The notes beneath the pieces were generated by a model, which saw only the letters and a list, made by a program, of their open reading frames with translations, ran no database searches and was not told the origin of the DNA. 64,000 nucleotides of DNA from Eledone cirrhosa (taxonomy: Eukaryota). The stretch is from the NCBI GenBank assembly GCA_964016885.1, contig CAXHJY010000237.1, positions 9,261 to 73,260 of the forward strand, read 5' to 3'. Positions 41,782-55,990 of the stretch are shown piece after piece. The first letter of the stretch is position 1; every line of letters begins with the position of its first letter. The position numbers and the translations under genes are program-made.

Positions 41782-42014
41782 CAGATACACACACACACAC
41801 ACACACATATATACAGATACACACACACATATATATATTTAAAAAAATCATTTATAAAATTGAATTTATATATGTTGCATATATCTCTGTCAAATGACAT
41901 TAGTCAAGCATTTCCCATCCCCAAAATATTGATTTCTAATATAGTCTCAAGACAAATAAATTTCGAGGAAGGGCAATGTTGATTAAATTAACCACAGTAC
42001 TTATTTTATAACAC

Positions 42015-42237
42015 ACAGTCCACGCTGTAATGTGGCCATGTAGGCAACACGGTTGAAACCTCCCAGTCCACACTGTAAACGTGGTTGGTGTTAGGAAGGG
42101 CATCTAGCCATAGAAAACCTGCCAGACAGTCCTATACGAGCAAGACTAACAATCTTGCCTCACGTGGGACAATTCCCGTCTAAACCCATGCTAGCGTGGA
42201 AGATAGATGTTAAACGATGATGATGATGATGATGATA
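42015..42237 (+). mobile_element. RTE 3'UTR fragment with (GAT)n tail
   Basis: Matches 57732-57970. Confidence 0.9.
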
Positions 42238-43063
42238 TACGGGTTTAATGACAATGAAATTACATACGTTGATTCGTTATATAGATCTCTATTAACGAGG
42301 GGATGTGAACAATGAAAATATATGTTAATTATTTACATTCAGTAATATTATTATTATGTGTTTAATAAAATGGGTAGTATGTTTGTTAAAACATAACTGA
42401 CAGTGCTATTAGTATTTTAGAAATAAAGGTTCTTATACAGACGAGGGTATAGCTTGAAATGTCACGATTCTTCTCCAAATTTTACTAACATCGAGGAAAA
42501 TTAGAGCCAATGCAACAAAACTCCTGATCATGAAGTTATCATTCTCATAATGATCGTTATCGTCAGGATAATGGATGCTACCAACAACAACTCCACTATT
42601 AATATTCTCCTCATCAATGACTGTAATGTTAGATGTTTTACCCAATCAGCTATGTGGGTTCGGCTATTTATTATCATTAGCTTGCGATATATAGTTTCGT
42701 CGTCGCTATTGCCATCATCAGAAGCAGCAGCACCACAACCATCATCCTCATCACCATCATTAATAGTCTCCTTCTCAACATCATTAAATCTTTGATGTTC
42801 TATCATGTCAGCCATGTGGCCTCAGCTATTTATTATCTCGCCATATTTAGTTATGTTACTTTATTACCTTTTCAATATGAGATCAAATTACATCAGTTCA
42901 ATAAAATTCCTATCAAGTAGAAGGATTACCTTAATTAGAGATACCACCCCTCCCCCACGATACCATAAAGTACTCTCCCTCTCCTCACATGATATCTTCA
43001 AGCACCCCTCCCCCACACCCCACCTCCCACAAAAACAATTGTAGTTATCGGTGCTATTATAAT

Positions 43064-43282
43064 AGTTTCTGATTTAGGCACAAGGCCAGCAGGGAGGGGA
43101 AAGTCGATTAAATCGACCCCCAGTGCGTGACTGGTACTTTATTTTATCGACCTCGTAACGATGAAAGGCAAAGCTAACCTCGGCAGGATTTGCACTGAGA
43201 ACTCAGAAAGTAAAATACTGTAACTCTATGTCACAAAGTAGGGTGACCGACGCTCTACCGATTCTGCTGCCAATCCACCGCC
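43064..43282 (-). mobile_element. Family-A SINE
   Basis: CTGGTACTTTATTTTATCGACC..GATGAAAGGCAAAG..CAATCCACCGCC; flanked by the direct repeat GGTGCTATTATAATA (43050, 43289), a probable TSD. Confidence 0.85.
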
Positions 43283-43329
43283 TTTATTTGGTGCTATTAT
43301 AATAAACATCATACTCCTTACAAACACAA

Positions 43330-43690
43330 AACCACGATCATCATCAGCAAAGACTTTCCGAGAATTAATCTCATCAAGGCTCTAATCAAAGAAGATCCAC
43401 ATTTATGTTATCAATATTAATCTAATATCTCCTCACATGTTTGCACAATCCCGTCATTTACGCCACCTCCAATAAAATATATCCAATGTATCATCCATTA
43501 ATATTTCGTAATAGCTTTGATTAACACTTTATAACAAATCTTCACAGAATTCCCCATAATTTTCCACAGTTGTTTCTGTGTATATCATTCAATGTTCTTT
43601 ACCAATTGTAAACCATGGCCGCCATTTTAAGCACTTAAGGCAATTCATCATCCAATTTTGCATCACATTCACGTAGCAGTGAAAAATTAT
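43330..43690 (-). mobile_element. Decayed Penelope-like RT remnant
   Basis: Minus-strand traces resembling AMGTKMAP (TGCC..AAAATGGCGGCC) followed by a ..DD motif (ATGGATGAT); heavily disrupted. Confidence 0.3.
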
Positions 43691-44504
43691 TATTGTTAAT
43701 GCTATGAAAGTTTTTCTGACCTCATCCCATGTTATTTCTCTAGTTCTCACACCTTCTAGTACTATATATCATTGTTGTCGCAGTCATCGTTATTGTCATC
43801 ATCATCATACATGTACTGTATATATATATATATTGATATATTGTAGTGCCGAAAGCATTGAAACAAAATGGAATTTATGCATTAAACACACACACACACA
43901 CATCTATATGTATATATTCATTAAAACGGATTTCCCTGAATAGGAATTTCTGATTTGCATAAATAACTCTTGGCTAGATGCTGGGGCGATAAATTCATTA
44001 TTGATGTACTAAGCAGCACATTTTGATTATAGAAATCTACTTCAAGTTATACATTATGCAAGCATCATAACTGTATTGCTATCATTGCTACCCATAATAA
44101 ATACATTAGAAAAATATTTAGAAATATATAGCTTTCTAGCTGACCGTGGCTCAAAAGGAGACGATTTGTTTGACCAGTTTCTATTCTTGGTAGGATCTTC
44201 TTCAGATGTCACACAACCATGCCTTTGTCTATCCATGGATAGATGTAGCTTACAGCTACATATATATTCACAACAATTATAGAATTAATCGTCGTAATCA
44301 TCATCATCGCCACCATATTCTTTTCTTTTTTCCCTTAACATGCGATGGAGTCATTGGAGCGCCGTATTGACATACTTTCCAGGACATTATTTACACTTGG
44401 CGGAGCCCATCTCCTCTCCAGACCTGAACACAGCAGTTTTCTAGGGAAAGATAGAGAATGAGAGTGAGAGAGAATGGAAATAAAAAAGAGATATAGAGGA
44501 AGAA

Positions 44505-44659
44505 TCGACCCCAGTACTAGATTGGTACTTTTTTTATCGATCTTAAATGGGTGAAAGGCAAAGTTGACCTCGGTGGGATTTGAACTCAGAGAGCAGAGTG
44601 CCAGAAAGAACACCATAAAGCCTTCTATCTAACGTTCTAACGACTGTCAATTCGCTGCC
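44505..44659 (-). mobile_element. Family-A-related SINE
   Basis: TCGACCCCAGTAC..GGTACTTT..GAAAGGCAAAGTTGACCTCGGTGGGATTTGAACTCAG; related decayed copies at ~3560, ~8490, ~17205, ~46883, ~51190, ~52221 and ~62480. Confidence 0.8.
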
Positions 44660-47099
44660 TACCACCATCATATCTTAATATATGTTTCTAAATTTCTGAG
44701 TTTTTTAAATGATACAAGGTCGCTCTACGAATCAACAAACACATAATTGAATGACAATATTTCACTAATAAAATAGCATAACAAATAAGGGGAAAACACA
44801 GGCTTAATTATATTTCATACAAACAACCATTCCGTCAAGTTGACCGAAATAATATACACGAGCCATGTAAAGTGGGCATTCCCTCTGTTCTACTCATTTA
44901 TGAATAATAAAAGCCAAGTAGTCAATATGGAAGATAAACTTAGAGAAAATGATAGCTAATAAGCGAAATCTTCTCTAAATCATTAATGAAATCCCTAATT
45001 AAATGACGCAGCTGGTATAAAAGGAGAAATAAACGCTAGAGAAATCAACAGAACAAAAATGAATTATTTAAAATGAAGGACAACATGACAGAGGAGATAT
45101 TCTTTAAATCACATAGAATCCGTCGTTATGAAAGGAAACAACTGATATTTTGTTTGAAAGGAAATACAGAACTCATCAGAGACTGAAAAGAATTTTTCAA
45201 AATAAAAGAATTGCCAGTTGTTACAGAAGTAAGATGTGTTTCATGTTGACTGACAAGGGATATAGACATCAAAATACATCAGTCGACCATAACAAAAGAT
45301 GTACTCCAAATGATGCAAAGAATTAATACAATTGGTAGAGATCTTTACATATGATCTCATACTTCTGGTTTAAATACTTGACACACAAAACCTGCTCAAA
45401 GAGTTGTTGATAACATACTGCCAGAGCATTGAAGTACAATTAAATTTCACAAGATAAAAATTAATTGCTACGAGGGGTAGAAAACACATCTGACCGAATC
45501 AAGTTAAGATAATGTAAATAATAATATAATGAAATTATCACTCATCATCTTCTGATCAGAGTTAATTTAGGAAACAAAGGCTTATATGCAGGTAAATAAA
45601 ATGGATTATTTAGGGTTGAAACAAAGTCATAAGTGAAAATTTCCTGGGCAATATGAATCCAAGATAAGAATGAGTTGATCATCATCAGATATATTTTGAT
45701 AGAGTTACCTATTCCTTGATTCTGGAAAGATTAGACATGCGTAAAGTAGCATCGATAATCAATGGCTACATTTTAAAAATTGATCGACATAGAGCAATTT
45801 GCTTACCGAGTAGGGTGGAACTCGTCAAAGTGGACCAGAGAAAAATGCTTATATTGGTCTTTTCATTGTTGGTACTATCTAACGGTCGTAACATCTGGCA
45901 GAAGGAGCAACGTGAAATAAAGTGTCTTTCTCAAGTACACAATGTATTGTCCGGTCCGGAAATCAAACTCACGATCGCGAAACCAATTCCTTAACCACTA
46001 AACCACCCACCATCACACAGTTACATAAAACAAATCATTGGTAAATAGAAAACAGAAGTAGATAGTTATTAAGAGAGAACCAATAAATATCGTTCCATCT
46101 CTCCACTATCATTTTGATTGGCGTCAACAAACAAGCTTAAATAGACAAGTTTCAGATATGAGTAGTGTGTTTGCAAAAGCATATAGTTAATTTGAAGATG
46201 TATTTTGGAATTGGTTAATATTTGATTAGATATGTATTTGGGATTTGATGAAAGAAATGAACTAGCTGTTAGGTGGATGATAAAATGTATCATGTCATGT
46301 ATACTTCGTTATGTCTTTTGATTCAAATTCCATCAACTTTTACATTGTATTCTAATTTTCCGACGTTGATAAAACTATTACCGGCCTACACATATTCTAT
46401 TATATCAGGGATTCGAGCAAAGTCACAGTAAAATGATTAAGTAGAGTAAACAAATTAAGAAGCCTGTGATATGCGGTGCACGTATACAGTAGGGAAATTA
46501 GTATGAATTGCATTGTGAACAACCAAAAAAGGAAAAAACAAAGCATCAATGTAACATTAAAAAGACTGACATTGAGTAACACAGTTAATATGTTGGCTAA
46601 TGAAACATTGATAATAGAATTAGACGAAAGATATATTTCCATTTCCTAAGCAACTCCACTGTGATCCATGTAATCTACTATACCTAAACGGAGTACAACC
46701 CACACAAAGGAGAGAAAGGTTTAGTATAGAAGCATTAGATTAATACTTTGGCCGAACTAAATGCTGAAAATAATATAATAGATATGAATACTCTAGGTAT
46801 TCCAGTAATAAGTTATATCATAATATTATCCAACTGGAATCTAAATGAAATAAGAAGATTAACTAAGAACAGAATGAAAATATTGTTTTCTAATTTATGC
46901 ACAAGGCCAGCAATTTCAGGCGAGGTTGAAAGCTTTTATATTGACCCCACTGTTTTACTGGTACTTTATTTTATCGACTCCATAGACAAAATTGACCTCG
47001 GCATGATTTGAACTCAGAAATGTAAAGATTTGGAACAAATATCACAAAGTATTTTCTAATGTCCCAATGTTTCTGTTCATCACCATAAAATGGTCATCT

Positions 47100-47520
47100 G
47101 GTCATCTGGCTTCCTCAGCCTCAGGACAATGGGTCACTATACTCTTCCACTTTTGGAGTTGGGCTTCAAATCAGTTTCTTGCAAGTAGCAGGCCATCTTT
47201 TATGGTCGATCTCCAGGTCGTCTTTGCTCTTTTCCCACCTATCGGCAACCATGACATTGCAGTTATATTGTCCCTCATTCATAGGCCATACTCTCCCAGC
47301 TGCATTATTCTGCTCTTGATGACATGACTCAGGCATGTGGCATTGCTTATTTGAAGCCCATCTTCGTTTGTGATCTTGTCTTGCCATCTAATGTCCACGG
47401 TTTTTTGAAGTCATCTTTGTTGGAAAGTATCAAGCTGTCTAGGATCTTTCGGAGTCATATTTGTTGGAAAGTATCAAGCTGTTTTTCTGTTCTGGTGGTA
47501 ACAGATCACGCTAAACACCT
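47100..47520 (-). mobile_element. Old RTE-like LINE 3' remnant
   Basis: Minus-strand fragments WLPIGGKR..TTWRSTIKD..FEAQ..KWKSIVTHC resemble RTE ORF ends. Confidence 0.55.
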
Positions 47521-48404
47521 TTAGAATATTTAGTAAAGAACAAAAGAAAACAGATACCTACAAAGATAATAATATAAACAGATAAAAACAGAGGCTATTG
47601 TAACAAAACTTTATAAGCAAAATCGAGAAAAAAAATCACAGAAACTAGGAAAAGAAACTGAGGATTCCATTAGAAAAGAACGAGAGAATGTCGTGCTAAG
47701 ATATTGGCAAGCAAGCATCTACGTGACCATTATTCAATAGAACTGAACATAGTTGTGGCATGAACAATATCTAACGTAAGACTCAAAGGACATTTTTAAT
47801 GTAAATCCTTCCAATCAGAAAATGAATAAGAAAACATATTAAAGCAAAGAAGAAGAAATTAACTTCAGAATCTGATAAATCAGTAACAATACACATAATC
47901 AAAATAGTTTTTGAGTAGGTGGTGAAGCCATTTAAAAATATTCTTCAATGTATGTAAAACAAAGATACGCTGATGTGACATTTTCATTCATACGTAAAGT
48001 GTACGAGTTGTGGATGCATCAATTGTTTCCTTGTAGGAATTTAACAATAGAAAATTAGACTTTGCCATTCTATCTATAAAATATATGGTAACCAAAATGT
48101 ATTCAGTGTTGTTAGCACAACAGGAATGATATGTATTAAAAGTTAAGTCTGTGGGAGTTGATAATGTTTCATAATCCCGACTCTCTGTCACCATGGGATG
48201 GAAAACGTGAAGAAACCGTTCTTTATATACAAAGATGCAGCCTTCATTAAACACACTATTACACACACAGACACACACATGCAAACACTCACACATTCTT
48301 TTATATATATATACACACACAGACAATTGTGTATATATGCATGAATATATACACGTTAAAAGTAAACATCACAAAAATAAATTATATATATACACACACA
48401 CGCA

Positions 48405-48482
48405 CAGGGTTTCATCCCCCCAAATGTATACATACTGATTAGAATGTTGTTGAAGTGTGTATACATTTTTTGGGACACCCTC
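48405..48482. mobile_element. Tiny Tc1/mariner-type MITE
   Basis: CAGGGT...AAATGTATACATACT / AGTGTGTATACATTTTTTGGGACACCCTC followed by TA; a similar TIR sequence occurs twice at 58417 and 58497. Confidence 0.55.
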
Positions 48483-49380
48483 TATATATATGTATGTATA
48501 TGTATTTGTTTGCACATTTTTGTACATTATATATTTATTTCCTCGTTTCATACGAGGTTTTGTCATCTTAAACTTCTCGTCGTTTTATCTTAGTGCGGAT
48601 TACAGTTCAAATTCATAAAATGTTTAATAGCGAACAATTGTTAGAGATTTTTTTTTTTTATCATTTTAGTTTTGTCATATTTTCTTTCGAGTGAGTGAAC
48701 AACATCATTTATTGCAAGAATGAAATCTTTCATCTGTCAAAATTTTGAAATATATTAGATTTTTCTTATAAATCTTCATATGAGATTTGTTTGTGAAAAT
48801 ATTAAGTCAGTGGAGGAGCTAAAAAGTAAATTGTTTAGACTAAAATGCTCTTTTCACACAAACACACACACACATATATATGTATGTATGTGTGTATACA
48901 AAAAGTAAACGGAAATCTCAAACAACAAAGGCCAATAAACAAACATATCAGATTGATACTTGATATAGTAGGAAAGAGTAATTACGATTCGGACACTTGT
49001 CCATCATCAGAAATAAAAGATAGAGACAATGGTCAAGTACCAAGACAGGATAGATTAGTCACTGACTAGGGATATAATAAATGATACAATATAATGGTTA
49101 TTTTATATGAGAGTGTTACAAAGAGAGAAAGAAGAAAACGGAAGACCTACCTCAGGTGAACTAGATGCAAATATCTTTATTAGATTAAAGTATCCATTCA
49201 ATTAACTGAAAGCAAAGGACGATATGAAGGAAAACAGTGATAAATCGTGTCCTTAAGACCGAATAAAGGAATAAACCTCGTGATTGCCAACATAGAGATA
49301 CGATGCAAAAGAATGCGGGGTCACAGTTTCTAATTATATCTTCAGTTTTCAGACACTGCACACACACACACATTATATAT

Positions 49381-49804
<424 letters not shown>

Positions 49805-50182
49805 TACACACACACATAGATTCGTGCATATACTCGTACACACACACATATATATATATGTTTATATACGTGTGATTGTGTGTCTATGGTACATATATAA
49901 GTATGTATTTATAAGGGCGTGGATGTATGTAGCTTTGTGTTGGTGGTCATAAACATTTATTGTAACGATTCCTTTAGTTGGTTTAGTGGGAATTTAAAAC
50001 AATTGCTGATCTAACCCCCATATTGTTTTGTCCAATGGTAATATTGCTTGTTAGCTAGAGACATGTGTAGTCAATATGAAATTTGCGCTATAACAGAAAA
50101 TTCATTCTTTCAGAAATAATTCGCAGTTAATTCTCATATATTTCGTTCTCATACGTATGTATGTTTATGCATATATATATAC

Positions 50183-50333
50183 ATTTCGTAGGTTTTGTAT
50201 TTAATGCTACTCTATGACCTGAAAACACACATAATACCCAAACACACACACACACACATATGTGTGTGTGTGTGTGTGTGTGTATGTGTGTTTTCAGGTC
50301 GTAGAGTAGCAATAAATACAAAACCTACGAAAT
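50183..50333. repeat. Fold-back with 51-bp arms around a self-complementary (CA)n-TA-(TG)n core
   Basis: ATTTCGTAGG...GAAAACACACATA / TATGTGTGTTTTC...CCTACGAAAT, 2 mismatches. Confidence 0.9.
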
Positions 50334-51085
50334 ATATTAGATATTTATGTGTTTGGATAGAGAGAGAAATATAATCTGGATTCAATATATGAAGAATACT
50401 TATAAAACCTTCAAGATTTATAGTGAAATATATTGTATTTGTTTTATGCCTTTGATTTACTTTACAAGAATTCACTCTCATAAATATATAATAGAAAAAT
50501 ACGGTACATTTACCTAGAACATATATATTTATATTTATATATATATGTTCACTATATGTAAATATATATATGTTCACTATATGTAAATATGTGTTTATAT
50601 ATGTATGTATTGATGTGCATATATAATAGAAAAACACTGCTCACTTACAATATGTATGAAACCTACATACATGTTCACTAACAAATATATGCATAATTAT
50701 ATGTGTGTGTGTGTTTGCATTTAGAATACCCATGCTCTCCTATTGTTATGTGTGGCATTATAAATGCTAGTGTGCATCTATTTAAGCATATATACACATA
50801 CACTCGAAATTAAAAGAAAGAGATACATACATAATACATTATTATTATTATTGGTATTACTTAATGTTACCTTTTATGTTCTAGCCGGTGTAGGAGTTTT
50901 GTGTCTGCCGCATTTCTGTTAAAATCACGAAATTTCTTTGATCTTTTCAGACTCAATCCAAATAAAACTGGTCACTTAAGATTCTCTTCCATTTTACAGT
51001 TAAATGTTGTTTGGGAAATATTTATATTTCTACTATTTTCTATCAACATCTCCCTCTCTTCTCTCTGTATATATATGTATATAAT

Positions 51086-51117
<32 letters not shown>

Positions 51118-51559
51118 CATACATACATATATATTTACATATACATTCATATTTTTGAGTGTATGTTATATATATATATTATTTATATGTATGCCTTTCA
51201 TCCTTACGGGATCAATAAAATAAAGTACCAGTAATGCACTGAGGACGATGTGTTATATTTACCTAATTTATGTCTATCGCCTCTGAAATGTACATAACGG
51301 ACATTATTCAATACATTTGGTTATGGAAATATATGTAGTAACACACACATACTTGTATGTATATAAATATAACTACCTTAATATATTCATACGTATCTCT
51401 CGACATACAAGCAGACATAAACATGAAAATATGAAATCAGATAATGGTTATTAAAATATTCCCAATGAAGCAAATAACGTAATAGAAAATAGAATACACT
51501 TCTACTGACTCTTTCCTCCTTCCGTTCTTTCTCATTCTCTGTGTTACTCCTATCCTCTC

Positions 51560-51607
<48 letters not shown>

Positions 51608-51610
<3 letters not shown>

Positions 51611-51838
51611 TGTGAAGTGGACATGTAGGCGCCATGGAAAAAAAGCCCCCTGCACTCACTGTAAATGAGGTTGATGTTAGGAAGGGCATCCAGCTGTAGA
51701 AATCAAGCCAGAATCAGTTCCCGTATGAGCAAGACAAGGTCAGCCGACCGGACACTGCCCACAACAGGACAGCCTGTCTAACCCATGCTAGCGTGGAAGA
51801 ACGGATGTAAATTGGTGATGATGATGATGATGATGATA
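51608..51838 (+). mobile_element. RTE 3'UTR fragment with (GAT)n tail (subfamily of the 53635 element)
   Basis: Reverse complement of ~53635-53850; 5' end abuts (TA)n. Confidence 0.85.
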
Positions 51839-53385
51839 TTCTGCTATTATAGGATTGATAGATAGCAAGCTGCATCCTGCTATCTAGTTACCTACAAAAC
51901 ACGTTTTCTGTAGAGTCAGGAAATTGTTTTCTACTCATAAAGCCAACTTCTTCAACCAGACATTCAACCCTGTTGCTTCATTGAAACTTTATTCAATCGA
52001 CGGCAAAAGATGTTGATGCTCTTAGGATTTGAACTGAGGGCGGTCATTCCTTGAGAGTACCTTAGTCAGCCTATGCAGTTTTCTGCCTATAAAAGTTTCA
52101 GGGGACCCTCGTAATTAAATACTTTAACATAGAGAGACAAGCCAAAGTGATATGTTAACAATCTTAACTTTGAAACTAAGAATATGTAATCAAAATATTT
52201 AAAATAACTGTTTATAACAGACACAAGGCCAGTAATTAAATCGACCTCAATATTTTACTAGTACATTATTTTATCGACCCCGGGAGGATGAATGACAAAG
52301 CTGACCTAGACTGGATTTGAAAACAGAATATAAAGGGCCGTAGCTACAAAACATTTTTCCGGTACTCTAACGATAGCACCGTTCCACAGTCCTATATGAA
52401 ATAAAACAAATGTAAATATTAGACAATGGAATTGTTTAGCAGAACGAAAGTAGTTTGGATGATATGCTTTAAGGAACATTAACTGTGGAATGAAATCGAA
52501 GACAGAATGGAATTCTTTAATCGAATGATAATTGAAATATTTCACAATCGAAATAATGGAACAATGTAATGAAGAAGATCGATAAATCATCAAAATAGAA
52601 ATAGATGGTTAAACATTCTGAAACGAACGATGTAAGGAAACGGAATTATAATCGAAATATGACACAATGAAACAATTTTATGAAGATCTATAAATTTCTG
52701 AGTCAGATTAGAAATAAGAGCCTGAACATTTCCACAGGTGTCTCCTCAGGTTAGAAATCGGGAAATATTTACTATAAATGCAGTGAATTAACAAAATCAG
52801 TAGAATAGCAATCAATATGCCTGGTGGTATTCGGTTCTTTCACTTTCTCAGAGAGATGCTTAGCCATTCATTCTTAAAATATTTGTTTCCTTTTTAATTC
52901 ATTATTAAATAAACATATGTGTGTGTGTGAGTATGTATGTATATATATATATATGTGTGTGTGTGTATCTACGTATATATTTATGCATATATATATACAT
53001 ATACCCATATATATATATGTATGGGTGTGTATGCATATATATGTGTGTGTGTATGTGTATATAACCATTATTATGCTTCAATTATATTTATTTTTATATT
53101 TTTAAACAAAAGTGACATAAATGCCTACTTCATTAATTGAACGTTTTTTTTACAAATACTAATTAAATATTGGTTTCTGATTCAGGCACAAGGCCAACAA
53201 ATACTAATTAAACATTAAAGATGATTTATTAACAAGTTTTTTTCCTTTTGATTTGTGACATAAAACATCTTTGTAGTTTGGGGACCTTTCCATGAGTATG
53301 TATGTATATATATATATATCACATAAGAATATATATAAATATATATATTACACACTCACACACACGAATATATATATTACACACT

Positions 53386-53418
<33 letters not shown>

Positions 53419-53590
53419 TACACACTCACACACACATATATATATATATATATAAAATATATGTAATCTATTCAATTAGTCTTCAGTATTCGCGTATGTT
53501 TTTTCTTTCATTTCATGTATTATTTATTTATGTAGATATTTATTATATTTTATGCATTTATTTAAAATTTGCATTATTATTTATTCATGA

Positions 53591-53625
<35 letters not shown>

Positions 53626-53634
53626 GATATATAC

Positions 53635-55038
53635 ATCATCATCATCACCGTTTTACGTCCGTTCTTCCACGCTAGCATGGGTTAGACGGGTTGTCCTGTT
53701 GTGGGCAGTGTCTGGTCGGCTGACCATGCCTTGCTCATACAGGAACTGATTTGGCTTGATTTCTACAGCTGGATGCCCTTCCTAACACCAACATCATTTA
53801 CAGTGAGTGCTGGGTGCTTTTTCGTGGCGCCTACACATCCACTTTACAGTGTGGGCTGGGTGCTTTTTTGCCGTGGCACCTCCACGACCACCTTGCAGTG
53901 GGGTGTGTGGGGGCATATTGTCTATATGCTTCAGCTTGTACCCATGGGAGGTTGGGTACTCTGTATTACTGCGTGACGCCAGAGGTCACGGTCGTGTGTC
54001 ATCGCCTTTGAGAAGTGTAATTGGGTAAGGTCGGCTTTATCACCTCATCCCAGGTCATCTTGGGTCTCCCCACTCCGCGGTTTCCATCGACTTCTAGTAC
54101 TCTGCACCTTTTTATGCAGCTGTCATCCTTCATACGTATCACATGTCCATACCAACGCAACCGCCTCTCCTTCACACAGCATTTGATTCCTCTTATGCCC
54201 AGTCTCTCTCTCAATTCATTTATGCTTTGTCGTTCGCGTATATTACTATTACACATCCATCGGAGCATGCAGGCTTCGTTTCTCTCTAATCTACGTAAGT
54301 CTTCCACCTTCAGCGCCCAGGTCTCACTACCATGCAACATCGCTGTTCGGATACACGCATCATATAGTCTGCTTTTCATTTTGAGGGAGAAGCCTTTTGC
54401 AGCTAGCAGTGGTAGTAGTTCCCTAAACTTCTTCCATCCCGTTCTTACCCTAGTTATTGTACTTTCTGAACACCCACCTCCGCTGCTAATTCGGTCACCT
54501 AGGTAGCAGAAGCTGTCTACTGTTTCTACAGAGCCCACCCAGAGATTGGTGGTACTTGTTTCCTGTGGCTGTTTGCTGCTTGCTGTCCCAGCACAGCTGC
54601 TGCATGTGAAGCCTACATTCTTAATTAAGCTTCCTGAGATCCCGCTACATCTCTTGTGTACCCATTTCCCTGAGGGGATCTGGGTTCTGTTTTCTCGTCT
54701 ACTTACAAGGACTTAGTCTTTGTCATGTTGACTTTGAGACCCTTTCTTTCTAGTCCCTGCTTCCAAGTTTGGAATTTCTTCTCTAGTTCTACCATAGATT
54801 CAGCTATAAGTGCGAGGTCATCAGCATACAGGAGTTCCCATGGGCATCCGGTCTTAAACTCCTCCGTTATTGCCTGCAGGACTATGATGAACAGGAGGGG
54901 TCTAAGAACAGAGCCCTGGTGGACTCCAACCTGTACGCTAAATTCCTCGCTATACTCATTGCTAATCCTAACTTTGCTGACTGCTCCCCTATACATGGCT
55001 TGTACCGCTTTCACAAGCCATTCATCTACTCCTAGTTT
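53635..55038 (-). mobile_element. RTE-clade LINE, 5'-truncated and disrupted (second subfamily)
   Basis: ORF pieces 54703-55038 ([15 protein letters not shown]) and 53999-54538 ([17 protein letters not shown]); deletion in the PHD region near 54665; (CAT)n tail at 53635. Confidence 0.95.
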
Positions 55039-55698
55039 ATATATATATACACACAAATATATATATATACACATATATATACATATATATATATACACAT
55101 ATATATACATATATATATATATATATGTATATATTTATATATATACATATATATATACATATATATATACATATATATATATATGTATATATTTATATAT
55201 ATACATATATATATACATATATATATACATATATATATATATGTATATATTTATATATATACATATATATATACATATATATATACATATATATATATGT
55301 ATATATATATATGTATATATATATGTATATATATATGTATATATATATACATATATATATACATATATATATATACATATATATATATACATATATATAT
55401 ATGTATATATATATATACATATATATATATATACATATATATATACATATATATATATATACATATATATATATGTGTATATATATATACATATATATAT
55501 ACATATATATATATGTGTATATATATATACATATATATATACATATATATATATACATATATATATATATGTATATATATATATGTATATATATATATAC
55601 ATATATATATACATATATATATATATACATATATATATATATGTATATATACATATATATATACATATATATATGTATATATATATACATATATATAC

Positions 55699-55753
<55 letters not shown>

Positions 55754-55858
55754 TATATTCATATATGTATATATATATATATATATACATATATATATAC
55801 ATATAAATATATATATACATATATATATATATACATATACATATATATATACATATAA

Positions 55859-55889
<31 letters not shown>

Positions 55890-55915
55890 CATATCATCAT
55901 CATCATCATCATATG

Positions 55916-55969
<54 letters not shown>

Positions 55970-55990
55970 CATATATATATACATATATAT
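55039..55990. repeat. ~950-bp compound (TA)n/(ATATATAC)n array containing a (CAT)n stub
   Basis: Visible directly; separates two divergent RTEs; (CAT)n at ~55893-55911. Confidence 0.95.
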
